Positions 10,495 to 18,778 of a stretch of 32,000 nucleotides of DNA are shown in pieces. The notes under the pieces are model-generated. The model had not been told where the DNA came from and made no database searches. It worked only from the letters and a program-made list of their open reading frames with translations. The translations under genes were made by a program, and so were the position numbers. The stretch is from Pirellula staleyi DSM 6068 (GTDB lineage: Bacteria; Planctomycetota; Planctomycetia; Pirellulales; Pirellulaceae), in contig CP001848.1 in assembly GCA_000025185.1 (NCBI GenBank), positions 5,400,001-5,432,000 of the forward strand, written 5' to 3'. Within the stretch, counting starts at the first letter, position 1. Each line of letters starts with the position of its first letter.

Positions 10495-11043
10495 CTAACG
10501 ATGCTGCCACGGCACATCGGCCACACTGGCGGAATAATTCGCATAGCGGGCGGCGACAAACAGATAGTCGCTCAATCGATTGAGGTAGCGAATGATCCAA
10601 GGGGAAATCTCCACCTGCTCCGCCGCCCCCAGATGCACCACCCAGCGCTCCGCCCGTCGACAAACGCCCCGGGCCACGTGCAAGGTCGCCGCCGCTTTCG
10701 TGCCACCTGGCAAAATGAAATTTCGGAGCGGCTGAAGGGGCTCTTCCAGGGCATCGATCGCCAGTTCGAGCTGCGTCACATCGGCGTCGCCCACCAAGGG
10801 CATATTTAGCTTTTGAGGCTCCGGCGTAGCTAGTTCCGCCCCCACCGAAAACAGGTCGGCTTGCACTTGTTCCAGCACATGCTCGATCAGCGGCGGCAGC
10901 GTTTCACACCGCGCAAGACCCAAAAACGCATTTAGCTCGTCGACCGTGCCGTAGGCCTCGATGCGTGCATTATCTTTGCGGACCCGAGGGCCACCAAAGA
11001 GCCCCGTTTCGCCTTCGTCACCCGTGCGGGTATAGATTTTCAT
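10495..11043 (-). CDS. cob(I)yrinic acid a,c-diamide adenosyltransferase, PduO type
   Basis: MKIYTRTGDEGETGLFGG N-terminus and the LN..LSDYLFV C-terminal helix are characteristic of PduO-type ATP:corrinoid adenosyltransferases. Internal ATG at 11043 chosen. Confidence 0.85.
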   Translation of the reverse strand: MKIYTRTGDEGETGLFGGPRVRKDNARIEAYGTVDELNAFLGLARCETLPPLIEHVLEQVQADLFSVGAELATPEPQKLNMPLVGDADVTQLELAIDALEEPLQPLRNFILPGGTKAAATLHVARGVCRRAERWVVHLGAAEQVEISPWIIRYLNRLSDYLFVAARYANYSASVADVPWQHR

Positions 11044-11234
11044 TCCACTCCACCGTGGCACATAATGTGCCTAGCCGACTCGCCTGAACCACTCGAACGT
11101 CCCGTATAATACCGGGGAGTCGAGTCCCTCTCGATGCCCCGTCCAGGGCCGCATGCTTGCGTCGTGCAACCTGGCCCACCTCATCCACTCCCTCACCACC
11201 ACACTTCCTATCCACTTTCGTGAAGGATCTGCTG

Positions 11235-12317
11235 ATGAAAAATCGCCTACTTTCCTTGGTAACCCTCCTGGTCGGCCTGACCAGCGTCCATACGTCGGTC
11301 GTGGCGCAGCCTCCCGGAGTGGCGAGCAGCGGTCCTTCGATCGAGGCCAAAACACTCGGCAATATCAAGCAGCTGACCAGCGGGTTCGTGAAAGCGGGGG
11401 AAGGCTATTTCTCCCCCGATGGCAAGCAAATCGTCTATCAAGCTCAGCCGCTCGACTACCCGTTCTATCAAATCTTCCGGCAGTCGCTCGACGGTGGCCG
11501 CCCTTTGCAAATCAGCACCGGCCGGGGTCGCACCACCTGCAGCTATTTTTCGATCGACGGAACGAAGATCCTGTTCGCTTCGAGCCACCTCGATCCGGCC
11601 ATCGACGCCACCGAAGCGGCCGAGCGTAAGCAGCAGGAAGAAGACAAGAAGTCGGGGGTTCGTCGCCGCTACAAATGGGATTTCGATCCTTACACCGAGA
11701 TGTTCGAGGCTGATCTCGACGGGAAGATTTTGAAGCAGCTGACCAATGAGAAGGGGTACGACGCGGAAGGGGCCTACTCGAAGGATGGCAAACTGATCGC
11801 CTTTTGCAGCGACCGCGATGGGGATGCCGACCTCTATGTGATGAACAGCGACGGCACCGGCGTTCGCCAACTCACCAATGCCCCTGGCTACGATGGTGGT
11901 CCGTTCATTTCGCCCGATGGAAAGTGGGTGGTGTTCCGTAGCGATCGGAAAGAAAAAGATATGCTGCAGCTGTTTGTAATCGGCATCGATGGCAAAAATG
12001 AAACTCAGCTGACCGACACCAACGGTGTGAACTGGGGGCCATATTGGCACCCGAGCGAGCCGATCATCATTTGGTCGGGGGCAGACCATAGCGACCCAAC
12101 GGCACGTCCGAACTACGACCTGTGGGCTGCTCGCTACGAAATCGCCAGCGATGGGAAGTTCAAACTCGGCACCACGCAGCGCGTCACCGACTTCGCCGGG
12201 GCAGATGTTCTGCCGGTCTTCTCCCCTGACGGAAAAAAACTGATGTGGACCAGCACCCGCAGCGACGATCATAGCAGTCAGCTTTTCCTGGCCGACTTTC
12301 TCCTCGAGGTGAAATAG
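11235..12317 (+). CDS. TolB-like WD40/PD40 beta-propeller repeat protein, secreted
   Basis: Signal peptide MKNRLLSLVTLLVGLTSVHTSVVAQ after a GAAGGA RBS. Repeated PD40 motifs: SPDGKQIVYQA, SIDGTKILFAS, SKDGKLIAFCSDRDGDADLYVMNSDG, SPDGKWVVFRSDR, SPDGKKLMWTSTR. Confidence 0.75.
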   Translation: MKNRLLSLVTLLVGLTSVHTSVVAQPPGVASSGPSIEAKTLGNIKQLTSGFVKAGEGYFSPDGKQIVYQAQPLDYPFYQIFRQSLDGGRPLQISTGRGRTTCSYFSIDGTKILFASSHLDPAIDATEAAERKQQEEDKKSGVRRRYKWDFDPYTEMFEADLDGKILKQLTNEKGYDAEGAYSKDGKLIAFCSDRDGDADLYVMNSDGTGVRQLTNAPGYDGGPFISPDGKWVVFRSDRKEKDMLQLFVIGIDGKNETQLTDTNGVNWGPYWHPSEPIIIWSGADHSDPTARPNYDLWAARYEIASDGKFKLGTTQRVTDFAGADVLPVFSPDGKKLMWTSTRSDDHSSQLFLADFLLEVK

Positions 12318-12395
12318 CCTGCGCAAGCTGCCGTAGCAGTTGGCACCCCTGCGAGTGCCTTTGATTTCGCGTGCAATTCATGGAAGAATTTGGAT

Positions 12396-12839
12396 ATGGC
12401 CAAGCATCCCATAGCACGCTCGTGTGGCGTTCTCGTCCTCCGCGATAAGTTGAGCCAGAAGAAGAAAACCGTCGCGCGCGAGTTTCTGCTAATGCGCCAC
12501 AAAGATCGCTGGGATCTTCCCAAAGGGCATGTCGACCTGGGAGAGACCGACCACGACTGTGCGATGCGCGAACTTTGGGAAGAGACCGGAATAGAGCGCG
12601 ACGATATCGCTATCGATCCCACGTTTCGCTGGGAAACTCGCTACGACGTGAAGTGGGATGGCAAGCCGGTCGAGAAGACCCTCGTCATCTTTTTGGGACT
12701 GCTCACGCGTGAAGTAAAAATCAAACCGACCGAGCATGCTGGCTTCGAGTGGTTTCCCTGGAACCCGCCGCATGCCGTTCAAAAGCAAACGATCGACGCG
12801 CTGCTGGCAGCAGCGGAAAAGCATCTCGCGGCGCAATAG
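12396..12839 (+). CDS. NUDIX hydrolase
   Basis: Nudix box GHVDLGETDHDCAMRELWEETGI (G-x5-E-x7-REUxEExGU). ATG at 12396; the track start at 12390 is TTG. Convergent with the operon below. Confidence 0.8.
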   Translation: MAKHPIARSCGVLVLRDKLSQKKKTVAREFLLMRHKDRWDLPKGHVDLGETDHDCAMRELWEETGIERDDIAIDPTFRWETRYDVKWDGKPVEKTLVIFLGLLTREVKIKPTEHAGFEWFPWNPPHAVQKQTIDALLAAAEKHLAAQ

Positions 12840-12868
12840 CCGATTGCTTTTGAAGAGTCGCTGAGAAC

Positions 12869-13699
12869 TCAGGCCGCCCCGCGACCTCCGCCCACATTGC
12901 GGCAGCGTTTTGAGCCACAGCCATAGGTGGCGCAGCTTCCAAAATAGCTCCAGCAATCGCGATGATGGCTCGTTTTGCAGGCGGTGCATTGCACGAGCGC
13001 TCCGCTCAATTCGTCGCTGCAGACAGGGCAGGCGGTTTTCACGTCGACGAGCACACGCTTCTCGGAAATGATTTCGATTCCTGAATTGCACGCACCTAGC
13101 GCGGCTTCATAGAGGTCGGCAGCGGCGTCGATAAACGCACTCACAATCTCGGCGCTGCCACTGCCACGCGGCTTGGTGATCGCCAAAAGGCCGCGCATCC
13201 AAGTCACTTCGAGATCGCGATAGCTGTACATCGAGCTCCGTTCGTGAAGTTTGTACAGCCTCACAATCTGATGCTGCACCGAAGGCGTAAGCAACTCGCG
13301 AACCGCGCGCTCGTCTTCTCCGCTGATCATAAACAGGTCGTCGAACACAAAATTACCGACCTGGATATCCTGCATCCCCATCAGCTTGCCAAGCTTTTTC
13401 ATCGCATCTTCGACTTGCAACTGACACCGAAAACGAGCTTCGGGCCACGGCAAGCGAATCACCATGTAGTCGACCTTACCGCGGCGCACGTACTCCAGTT
13501 CACCTTGGGTCGAACCGACTTGAATGGAGAGCTTGGTATTGCTGAAAAAGCCCCCGGCGTAGAGAAGCTTGCCACGATACTTGCGCACCACCTGCTGCAG
13601 GTTGGCTTGCGCTTGCTGCTGGCTCAAGGTCGCGACCACAAAAATGATAATTATGACCGCAATGAAGAGAAAAAAGCCGAAGACTGGTCCGTCGTTCAT
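12869..13699 (-). CDS. membrane-anchored RING-like zinc-finger protein (putative E3), paralogue B
   Basis: 276 aa. N-terminal TM helix FGFFLFIAVIIIIFVVATL. C-terminal CPVCSDELSGALVQCTACKTSHHRDCWSYFGSCATYGCG follows C-x2-C-x10-C-x2-C-x4-H-x2-C-x6-C-x4-C, coded about 12917-13030. The ATG overlaps the upstream stop (ATGA). Confidence 0.7.
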   Translation of the reverse strand: MNDGPVFGFFLFIAVIIIIFVVATLSQQQAQANLQQVVRKYRGKLLYAGGFFSNTKLSIQVGSTQGELEYVRRGKVDYMVIRLPWPEARFRCQLQVEDAMKKLGKLMGMQDIQVGNFVFDDLFMISGEDERAVRELLTPSVQHQIVRLYKLHERSSMYSYRDLEVTWMRGLLAITKPRGSGSAEIVSAFIDAAADLYEAALGACNSGIEIISEKRVLVDVKTACPVCSDELSGALVQCTACKTSHHRDCWSYFGSCATYGCGSKRCRNVGGGRGAA

Positions 13700-14649
13700 G
13701 GCTGACTCTCCACGGGAGGCCCGGAGTCGCTATTTTCGGTCGGTTGTTCCTTCTGGGGCGACAGCTGCGCGATGCGGGGGGCGACCGCCCGGGTTTCTCC
13801 ACAGCCAAACGTGCTGCAAGCACCGGCATATTCCCAGCAGTCGCGATGATAGGGAGTTTTGCACTTCACGCAGCTCACGATGTCGGTCTCCAAAGTTTCT
13901 CCGCACACCACGCATCTTGCGCCGTCGATCACCACCGCATCGCCGGGCGCGACGAATTCAATCCCTTCACTCGAGGTGATGAGCAGCTGATCGTACAGCC
14001 CCACGGCAATGTCGGTGAACTCGATGAGATCGGTGGGGCGGGTCGACAACCATCGCTTGCGAATCGTGAGCATGGTGCGAGCGCAATTGACTTCCGCCCA
14101 CGAACGTTCAGGGAAACGGACCAGCTGCTCGATCGCCGCGCGCACCCCGGTGGAAAGGGACGCCGTGGCATCGCTGGGAGTTCGGGCAATCGTCCGAAAC
14201 TGCTGGTCAAACTCTGGGTCACCCGAGAGGACTTCGAGCAGCGGTGGGGGCAACTCCACATGCGCATGGCTGGCATGTCGCGGAAGGACATCGAGACGCG
14301 GATAAACGCGTGGCAACGTCATGCTGATCTCGAGGACCGGCAGCGAATCGCTCGTGCCATAAGCGGCAACCGTGACACTGACCCAGCTCTCGCCATAGCG
14401 AAAGGTGGTGCGCGGGGCCGAGCCCCAGCTCGACGGCTGAAAGTTACCCCGGCGATTCTCGGCCAAGCGCGCCAGCTGCGCAGGCCAAGGGGCTTTCGAC
14501 GTCCCGACCGCCAGATAGATTGCGAGCCAGACGGCGGTGGCGATCAGGATCAAACCAGCCAGTAAGGCGCACGTCACAGCAACTTCCTTCGGACGGTTGC
14601 TCTTCGAGGAGCCCGACGCACGTTCCTCGGCCAGGGAGCAAGCTGCCAC
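13696..14649 (-). CDS. membrane-anchored RING-like zinc-finger protein (putative E3), paralogue A
   Basis: 317 aa. TM helix CALLAGLILIATAVWLAIYLAV. C-terminal CVVCGETLETDIVSCVKCKTPYHRDCWEYAGACSTFGCG has ligand spacing identical to paralogue B, coded about 13801-13914. GTG start 15 nt after the upstream stop. Confidence 0.7.
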   Translation of the reverse strand: MAACSLAEERASGSSKSNRPKEVAVTCALLAGLILIATAVWLAIYLAVGTSKAPWPAQLARLAENRRGNFQPSSWGSAPRTTFRYGESWVSVTVAAYGTSDSLPVLEISMTLPRVYPRLDVLPRHASHAHVELPPPLLEVLSGDPEFDQQFRTIARTPSDATASLSTGVRAAIEQLVRFPERSWAEVNCARTMLTIRKRWLSTRPTDLIEFTDIAVGLYDQLLITSSEGIEFVAPGDAVVIDGARCVVCGETLETDIVSCVKCKTPYHRDCWEYAGACSTFGCGETRAVAPRIAQLSPQKEQPTENSDSGPPVESQP

Positions 14650-14664
14650 CTCGCCAAACTGCCG

Positions 14665-15348
14665 TTATTCAGGACCAATGTACAGCACATCGCCATCGCC
14701 ACTGGCCGCAGGACGATTCGCGGGGCGGATCGCGCGTCGCTCGGGGAGTTTGGGAGAGGGAGTATTCTCGTCGATGAACATCACTTCGCTGCTCGCAGCA
14801 CCACCGAGGGTCGTCGGCTGACCAGCGACGCGGCTGTAGCGGACCACGTTGCTCGAGACCACTTGGGTTTGCCCCACCAGCGGGCGATTGTCGAGCGGCA
14901 AGGTGTAAGTCGTTTGCTTCTCGAGCCAGTTGCGGGCGGTGAAGTCGACAACGCGATCTTCGTTGACGTAAGCAAGTCGAATCGCGTCCCACAGACGTTC
15001 GCAAACAACATCGAGCGACAGGGCAGGGGACCAATTGAGCCCTAGATCTCCCAGGTTTACGAATCCGCTGAACGAAACATTCGGATGCACAATCGGCGTA
15101 AGCCAACGGACATCAGGCGGACTCTCGGGATAGGAAAATGGCAAACGGATTTCCACCTCGTGCAGTTCGCTGATCGCCATTTCGCTCGACATCGACGTGC
15201 CGCGCGCGAGCCCCTTGCCACGAAAGCGAAGCATGAACCGTTCGACCGGTTCTCCGGTGGCTTCCACTTCAAACACGCGGCTCTGCTCGGCCAGCTCACG
15301 AAGCTTTTTCACATCGCCCGTAATTCGGCTCGTTCGATCTTCGCTCAC
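14665..15348 (-). CDS. E2-fold (UBC-like) protein lacking the catalytic Cys, UEV-like
   Basis: 227 aa and collinear with the E2 at 18779-19546. HPN falls at residues 88-90 in both proteins. Here the sequence is IVHPNVSFSGFVNLG, with Asn98 (AAC, 15055-15057) where the paralogue has Cys98. GTG start overlaps the upstream stop (GTGA). Confidence 0.75.
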   Translation of the reverse strand: MSEDRTSRITGDVKKLRELAEQSRVFEVEATGEPVERFMLRFRGKGLARGTSMSSEMAISELHEVEIRLPFSYPESPPDVRWLTPIVHPNVSFSGFVNLGDLGLNWSPALSLDVVCERLWDAIRLAYVNEDRVVDFTARNWLEKQTTYTLPLDNRPLVGQTQVVSSNVVRYSRVAGQPTTLGGAASSEVMFIDENTPSPKLPERRAIRPANRPAASGDGDVLYIGPE

Positions 15349-16907
15349 GCATCACCTCCTTCACGCTCACTCGAGGTCGAGCGATTTTCCGTACCTGCCA
15401 CTGCATCCTTCGCACTCGGAGGCGAAGACTTACTCAGCACGTTCTTACTCGGTTTCGTAGCAGTGCTCGACTTGTCGTCCGAAATCGTTGCCACCGATTC
15501 AGTATGACCACTCGAGCCCCCGTTTGGCGAGCGGCGGACGAAAAAGGTGACAATCGCAGCCAAAAGCCCCCCACCACCGAGCAACGACAACCCGATGATG
15601 GCCTGCTTTCGGCTGAACAGCGTCGTCTCGGCTTCTCCCTCCGTTTCGGCAGGTTTCTCAGCCGCTGCTACGGTGGCAGGTGTCGTGCTGGCTTTCAGCT
15701 CCCGGAGGGCGATTTCGAGTTCCGTTTTTTTCGTTTCCAGCTGCTCCACGGTGTCGGCGAGGCTGGCGATTCGTTCCTCGCTCTCGACGCGGAGCGCTTC
15801 GAGCTTCTCGACCGTCGCCTGGTTACTCGCTTGCAGTTCGCTGATCATCACTCGCTGCGACTCGCTGATCTCGCGCAGCGATTCGGTTTGATCGTACTTG
15901 GCTTGCAGCCGCTCGACAAAACCGGGCTCGCTGCCGCGCAGCTCTCGCATCATGTCGTCGTAGAACTCGGCGCGAGCCTCGTCGCGCGATTGGCTGCGAC
16001 TTTGCTTTACCGTTTCATCGACACGCGCCGTGAGCGCTTGAGTAACGTCGATCAAATCTTTGCGAGTGACAGCGGGCGCCGTATTCGCGGGAGCTGTCTC
16101 CGCCACGGGAGGCGAGGCGATCTTCCACACCAGAATCGCCAACAGAACCAGCTGCGCAAACATACCGACCTGCCCAGCGAGCTGCTGCCAAACTGGTGGA
16201 GGGGGAGGAGGAGGCGTGGTATGCAAATGGACGTGCGAAGTTCCGGAAATCTGCTTCGATGTGCTGCTCATCAGCTGTATTTCCTCGGGGGCGGTGAGGG
16301 AAGCAACAAACTGCTCCAGCTCTTCCGCGCGGTGCCTGCTCGTCATCAAAAAAAAGCCGCCGGTCTGCTGCGTACGTGGCTTGCGACCGGTGGTCCACTG
16401 AAAGAACCCACGATCGCGCCGACAGGGATCGATCACGAGCGCCACATCGAGCGGCTTATTAAAAAAATTGTCGCAGATAAAGAGATCGAGCCCCGATAAA
16501 AACACACCCCAATCGGGATGCGTGTGATACCAGCCCACCATCTGTAGTTCGGCGGGAAATTCCTCGCGCGTCCGCGTGATCTGCTCCCACGTGTCGTGCG
16601 TGAATTTGAAACTTCCACGGGTGCTTTCGTAGTGCGCAGCGCGGAGACTATCGGTCACCATCACGAACGGCTGTTGCTGCTCGTCTTCACAAAAATAGCC
16701 GAGCATCACGCCACCCAGCTCGACCGTTTTGTCGCTCACGGCATGCAGTTCCATGTCGCGCGCCGCATCGAGGTCGACGTAGATGGGGAGCTCACCTTCG
16801 CGCAGCTTCCCCACGGCCTGCACTGTCAGTTGCCGATTCTGATCGGGACGCAAACGCCGAGCGTGCGAATCTTCTTTCAGCTCACCAAAATCGATGTCGG
16901 AGCTCAC
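15345..16907 (-). CDS. JAB/MPN+ (JAMM) metalloprotease with two TM helices flanking a coiled coil
   Basis: 520 aa. N-terminal JAB domain: E63 in TVELGG and GWYHTHPDWGVFLSGLD (H-x-H-x7-S-x2-D, about 16485-16526). A P7 run precedes TM1 (about aa 244-264). A heptad-like Glu/Leu/Gln-rich segment covers about aa 285-405. TM2 is IIGLSLLGGGGLLAAIVTFFV, followed by RR and a Ser-rich tail. GTG start overlaps the E1 stop. Confidence 0.8.
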   Translation of the reverse strand: MSSDIDFGELKEDSHARRLRPDQNRQLTVQAVGKLREGELPIYVDLDAARDMELHAVSDKTVELGGVMLGYFCEDEQQQPFVMVTDSLRAAHYESTRGSFKFTHDTWEQITRTREEFPAELQMVGWYHTHPDWGVFLSGLDLFICDNFFNKPLDVALVIDPCRRDRGFFQWTTGRKPRTQQTGGFFLMTSRHRAEELEQFVASLTAPEEIQLMSSTSKQISGTSHVHLHTTPPPPPPPVWQQLAGQVGMFAQLVLLAILVWKIASPPVAETAPANTAPAVTRKDLIDVTQALTARVDETVKQSRSQSRDEARAEFYDDMMRELRGSEPGFVERLQAKYDQTESLREISESQRVMISELQASNQATVEKLEALRVESEERIASLADTVEQLETKKTELEIALRELKASTTPATVAAAEKPAETEGEAETTLFSRKQAIIGLSLLGGGGLLAAIVTFFVRRSPNGGSSGHTESVATISDDKSSTATKPSKNVLSKSSPPSAKDAVAGTENRSTSSEREGGDA

Positions 16908-18121
16908 TGAGCAGGCTCCTTTTTCTCGCGCGACGCAGCATCGGCCGGGAGTTTCACGAGCACACGATCGCGATCGGCAGCGAGCAAAAAGAACCCTTCC
17001 TCGCCCGTTGCTTCGCGCGTGATGCGAACAATGTCGTACAGAGGAATCCCGAGCGTCTTCAGGGGCCGATCGGACCAGGGGCTCGACTCGTCAATCGCAT
17101 GCGTGCGATCGACCGACATTACTTCGCGGCATTCGCAAACGGCATCGCGAAACGTGACGAGTGGACTCGCGCGCACGATCTCGCGGACCGCTCCGCACTG
17201 GGCGCACTTCATTCCCGTGACCAAATCGCGATCGAGGTGCAACGTGAGTGGACCTTCCCCCGGCAGATGCGCGGCCGCTGCCGTAAACAGATCTTTCGCC
17301 GTCGCAGTTTCCGACGACAGCGGAAGGTCGATCGCAGTGGGATAAGTGTCGTGACTCAGGCAGTCTTCTTTGCGCTGATAGCGCGTGGTGTAGAACTGAT
17401 TGGTGAGACCGCTATAGACGTACGCTTCGCCCCCTTTGACCGGCAAACCGTGCATCACCTTGAGCGCTTCCTGCACTTCAATCGCGGCCATAATCGACGC
17501 ACTGGTCGGCGCTGTCGGCACTTTACCAGCAAGCAAATCCTCGCGCGGCAAAAGAGGGCAGCTATAGCGCAAGTTGATCAGTTTGTAGTCGTTTTCGGTC
17601 ATCCCGCATTCGTAGCAGGGGCTCTCGGGTGGCGTAAACACCTTCACCACGCCGCTGATCTCTTGAATGCCGGCGTCGATCCACGGGGTGCTCGTTTTCC
17701 AGCAGCAGCGATTGACCCACAGCCTCGCCTCGCGATTGTCGAGGCAGCCAATCGCCACGTCGATATCGCGAAAGAGCCCCAGCCCCAGTTCCGTCATCAC
17801 ATTTCCGCGAATGGGTGTGATGACCACATCGGGATTGATCTCGCTGGCCATTTCCGCAGCAACATGCGCTTTACTTTGTCCTTCGTGACGAGCACGGAAC
17901 AGCACGCTGCGTGTGAGGTTCGAGTTTTCGATCGTGTCGAGGTCGATCACAATCAGATGGCCCACCCCCACCATCACCAGGTTCTTAATCACTTCGTTAC
18001 CGAGCGCCCCAGCGCCAACCACCAGCACTCGCGAACGCTGCAGCTTCGCTTGATCCCACCAGCCAATGAGTCGCAGGCGACTATAGCGGTCGTCTTGATC
18101 GACAATCAGTGGCTCGGCCAT
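16904..18121 (-). CDS. E1-like ubiquitin-activating enzyme (ThiF/MoeB/HesA adenylation superfamily)
   Basis: 405 aa. RYSRLRLIGWWDQAKL, VLVVGAGALGNEVIKNL (GxGxxG), VIDLDTIENSNLTRSVLF, CLDNREAR, CYEC (C169/C172), RYSCPLL (C188), CAQC (C306/C309) and CEC. AGGAGAG RBS 9 nt before the ATG. Confidence 0.85.
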   Translation of the reverse strand: MAEPLIVDQDDRYSRLRLIGWWDQAKLQRSRVLVVGAGALGNEVIKNLVMVGVGHLIVIDLDTIENSNLTRSVLFRARHEGQSKAHVAAEMASEINPDVVITPIRGNVMTELGLGLFRDIDVAIGCLDNREARLWVNRCCWKTSTPWIDAGIQEISGVVKVFTPPESPCYECGMTENDYKLINLRYSCPLLPREDLLAGKVPTAPTSASIMAAIEVQEALKVMHGLPVKGGEAYVYSGLTNQFYTTRYQRKEDCLSHDTYPTAIDLPLSSETATAKDLFTAAAAHLPGEGPLTLHLDRDLVTGMKCAQCGAVREIVRASPLVTFRDAVCECREVMSVDRTHAIDESSPWSDRPLKTLGIPLYDIVRITREATGEEGFFLLAADRDRVLVKLPADAASREKKEPAQ

Positions 18122-18182
18122 CAGTGGGCTCTCCTGGAAACATAGGGGGCGTGATTAGAAATCGGTCGTAGCGCCGTGAGGA

Positions 18183-18719
18183 TCAGGCCAAACGGCCGGT
18201 CACAAAACCACAAGGCTCGATCTGCCGATCACGCCAGTGAAAGAACCCGAGTTCCTTGCGGCGCGGATCGACCACCATAGCGACATGCCACGGCTGGGGG
18301 AAAAAATTGTGGTGGATGAACTTGTCGTAGCTCGACAAAAAAATGCCGAAGTCGGGATGCGTATGATGCCAGCCGACGATGGAAAGTCCGGGATATTTCA
18401 GCTCGGCTTCGCGATGAAGCTCGGCCCATGTATCGTGCGTAAAGACAAGCGATGCTGCCCGCGACTTGGCTTCCGCAGCGGGATGAAAATGCTTGATCAC
18501 GACCAGCATCGGCTTGGTGCCATAGACGCCGCCGAGCAAGAACCCGCCACGCTCGCGACGCAAATCTTGCTCGGAAAACGCGATGATTTCATCGAGCACA
18601 TTCTGGGGCAACACAATCGCCGCGCTCGACAAATAGACCGTCCCGACCGATCGCGGAGACTGCAAATCTCCGAGAGAAAACGTGTCGGTAGTCGGTACGC
18701 TGGGCATGGGTTGTAGCAA
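18183..18719 (-). CDS. JAB/MPN+ (JAMM) metalloprotease, soluble paralogue
   Basis: 178 aa (TTG at 18719; alternative ATG at 18707). E in RRERGG and GWHHTHPDFGIFLSSYD (H-x-H-x7-S-x2-D). Strongly similar to the N-terminal domain of 15345-16907 (FTHDTW..., NFF, DP.R...GFF.W). Confidence 0.8.
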   Translation of the reverse strand: MLQPMPSVPTTDTFSLGDLQSPRSVGTVYLSSAAIVLPQNVLDEIIAFSEQDLRRERGGFLLGGVYGTKPMLVVIKHFHPAAEAKSRAASLVFTHDTWAELHREAELKYPGLSIVGWHHTHPDFGIFLSSYDKFIHHNFFPQPWHVAMVVDPRRKELGFFHWRDRQIEPCGFVTGRLA

Positions 18720-18778
18720 AACTTAAGGTCGTAGCGGATGGAAGAAAACAGGCACTCGCGCGCCCCGCGAGGCCGGGA

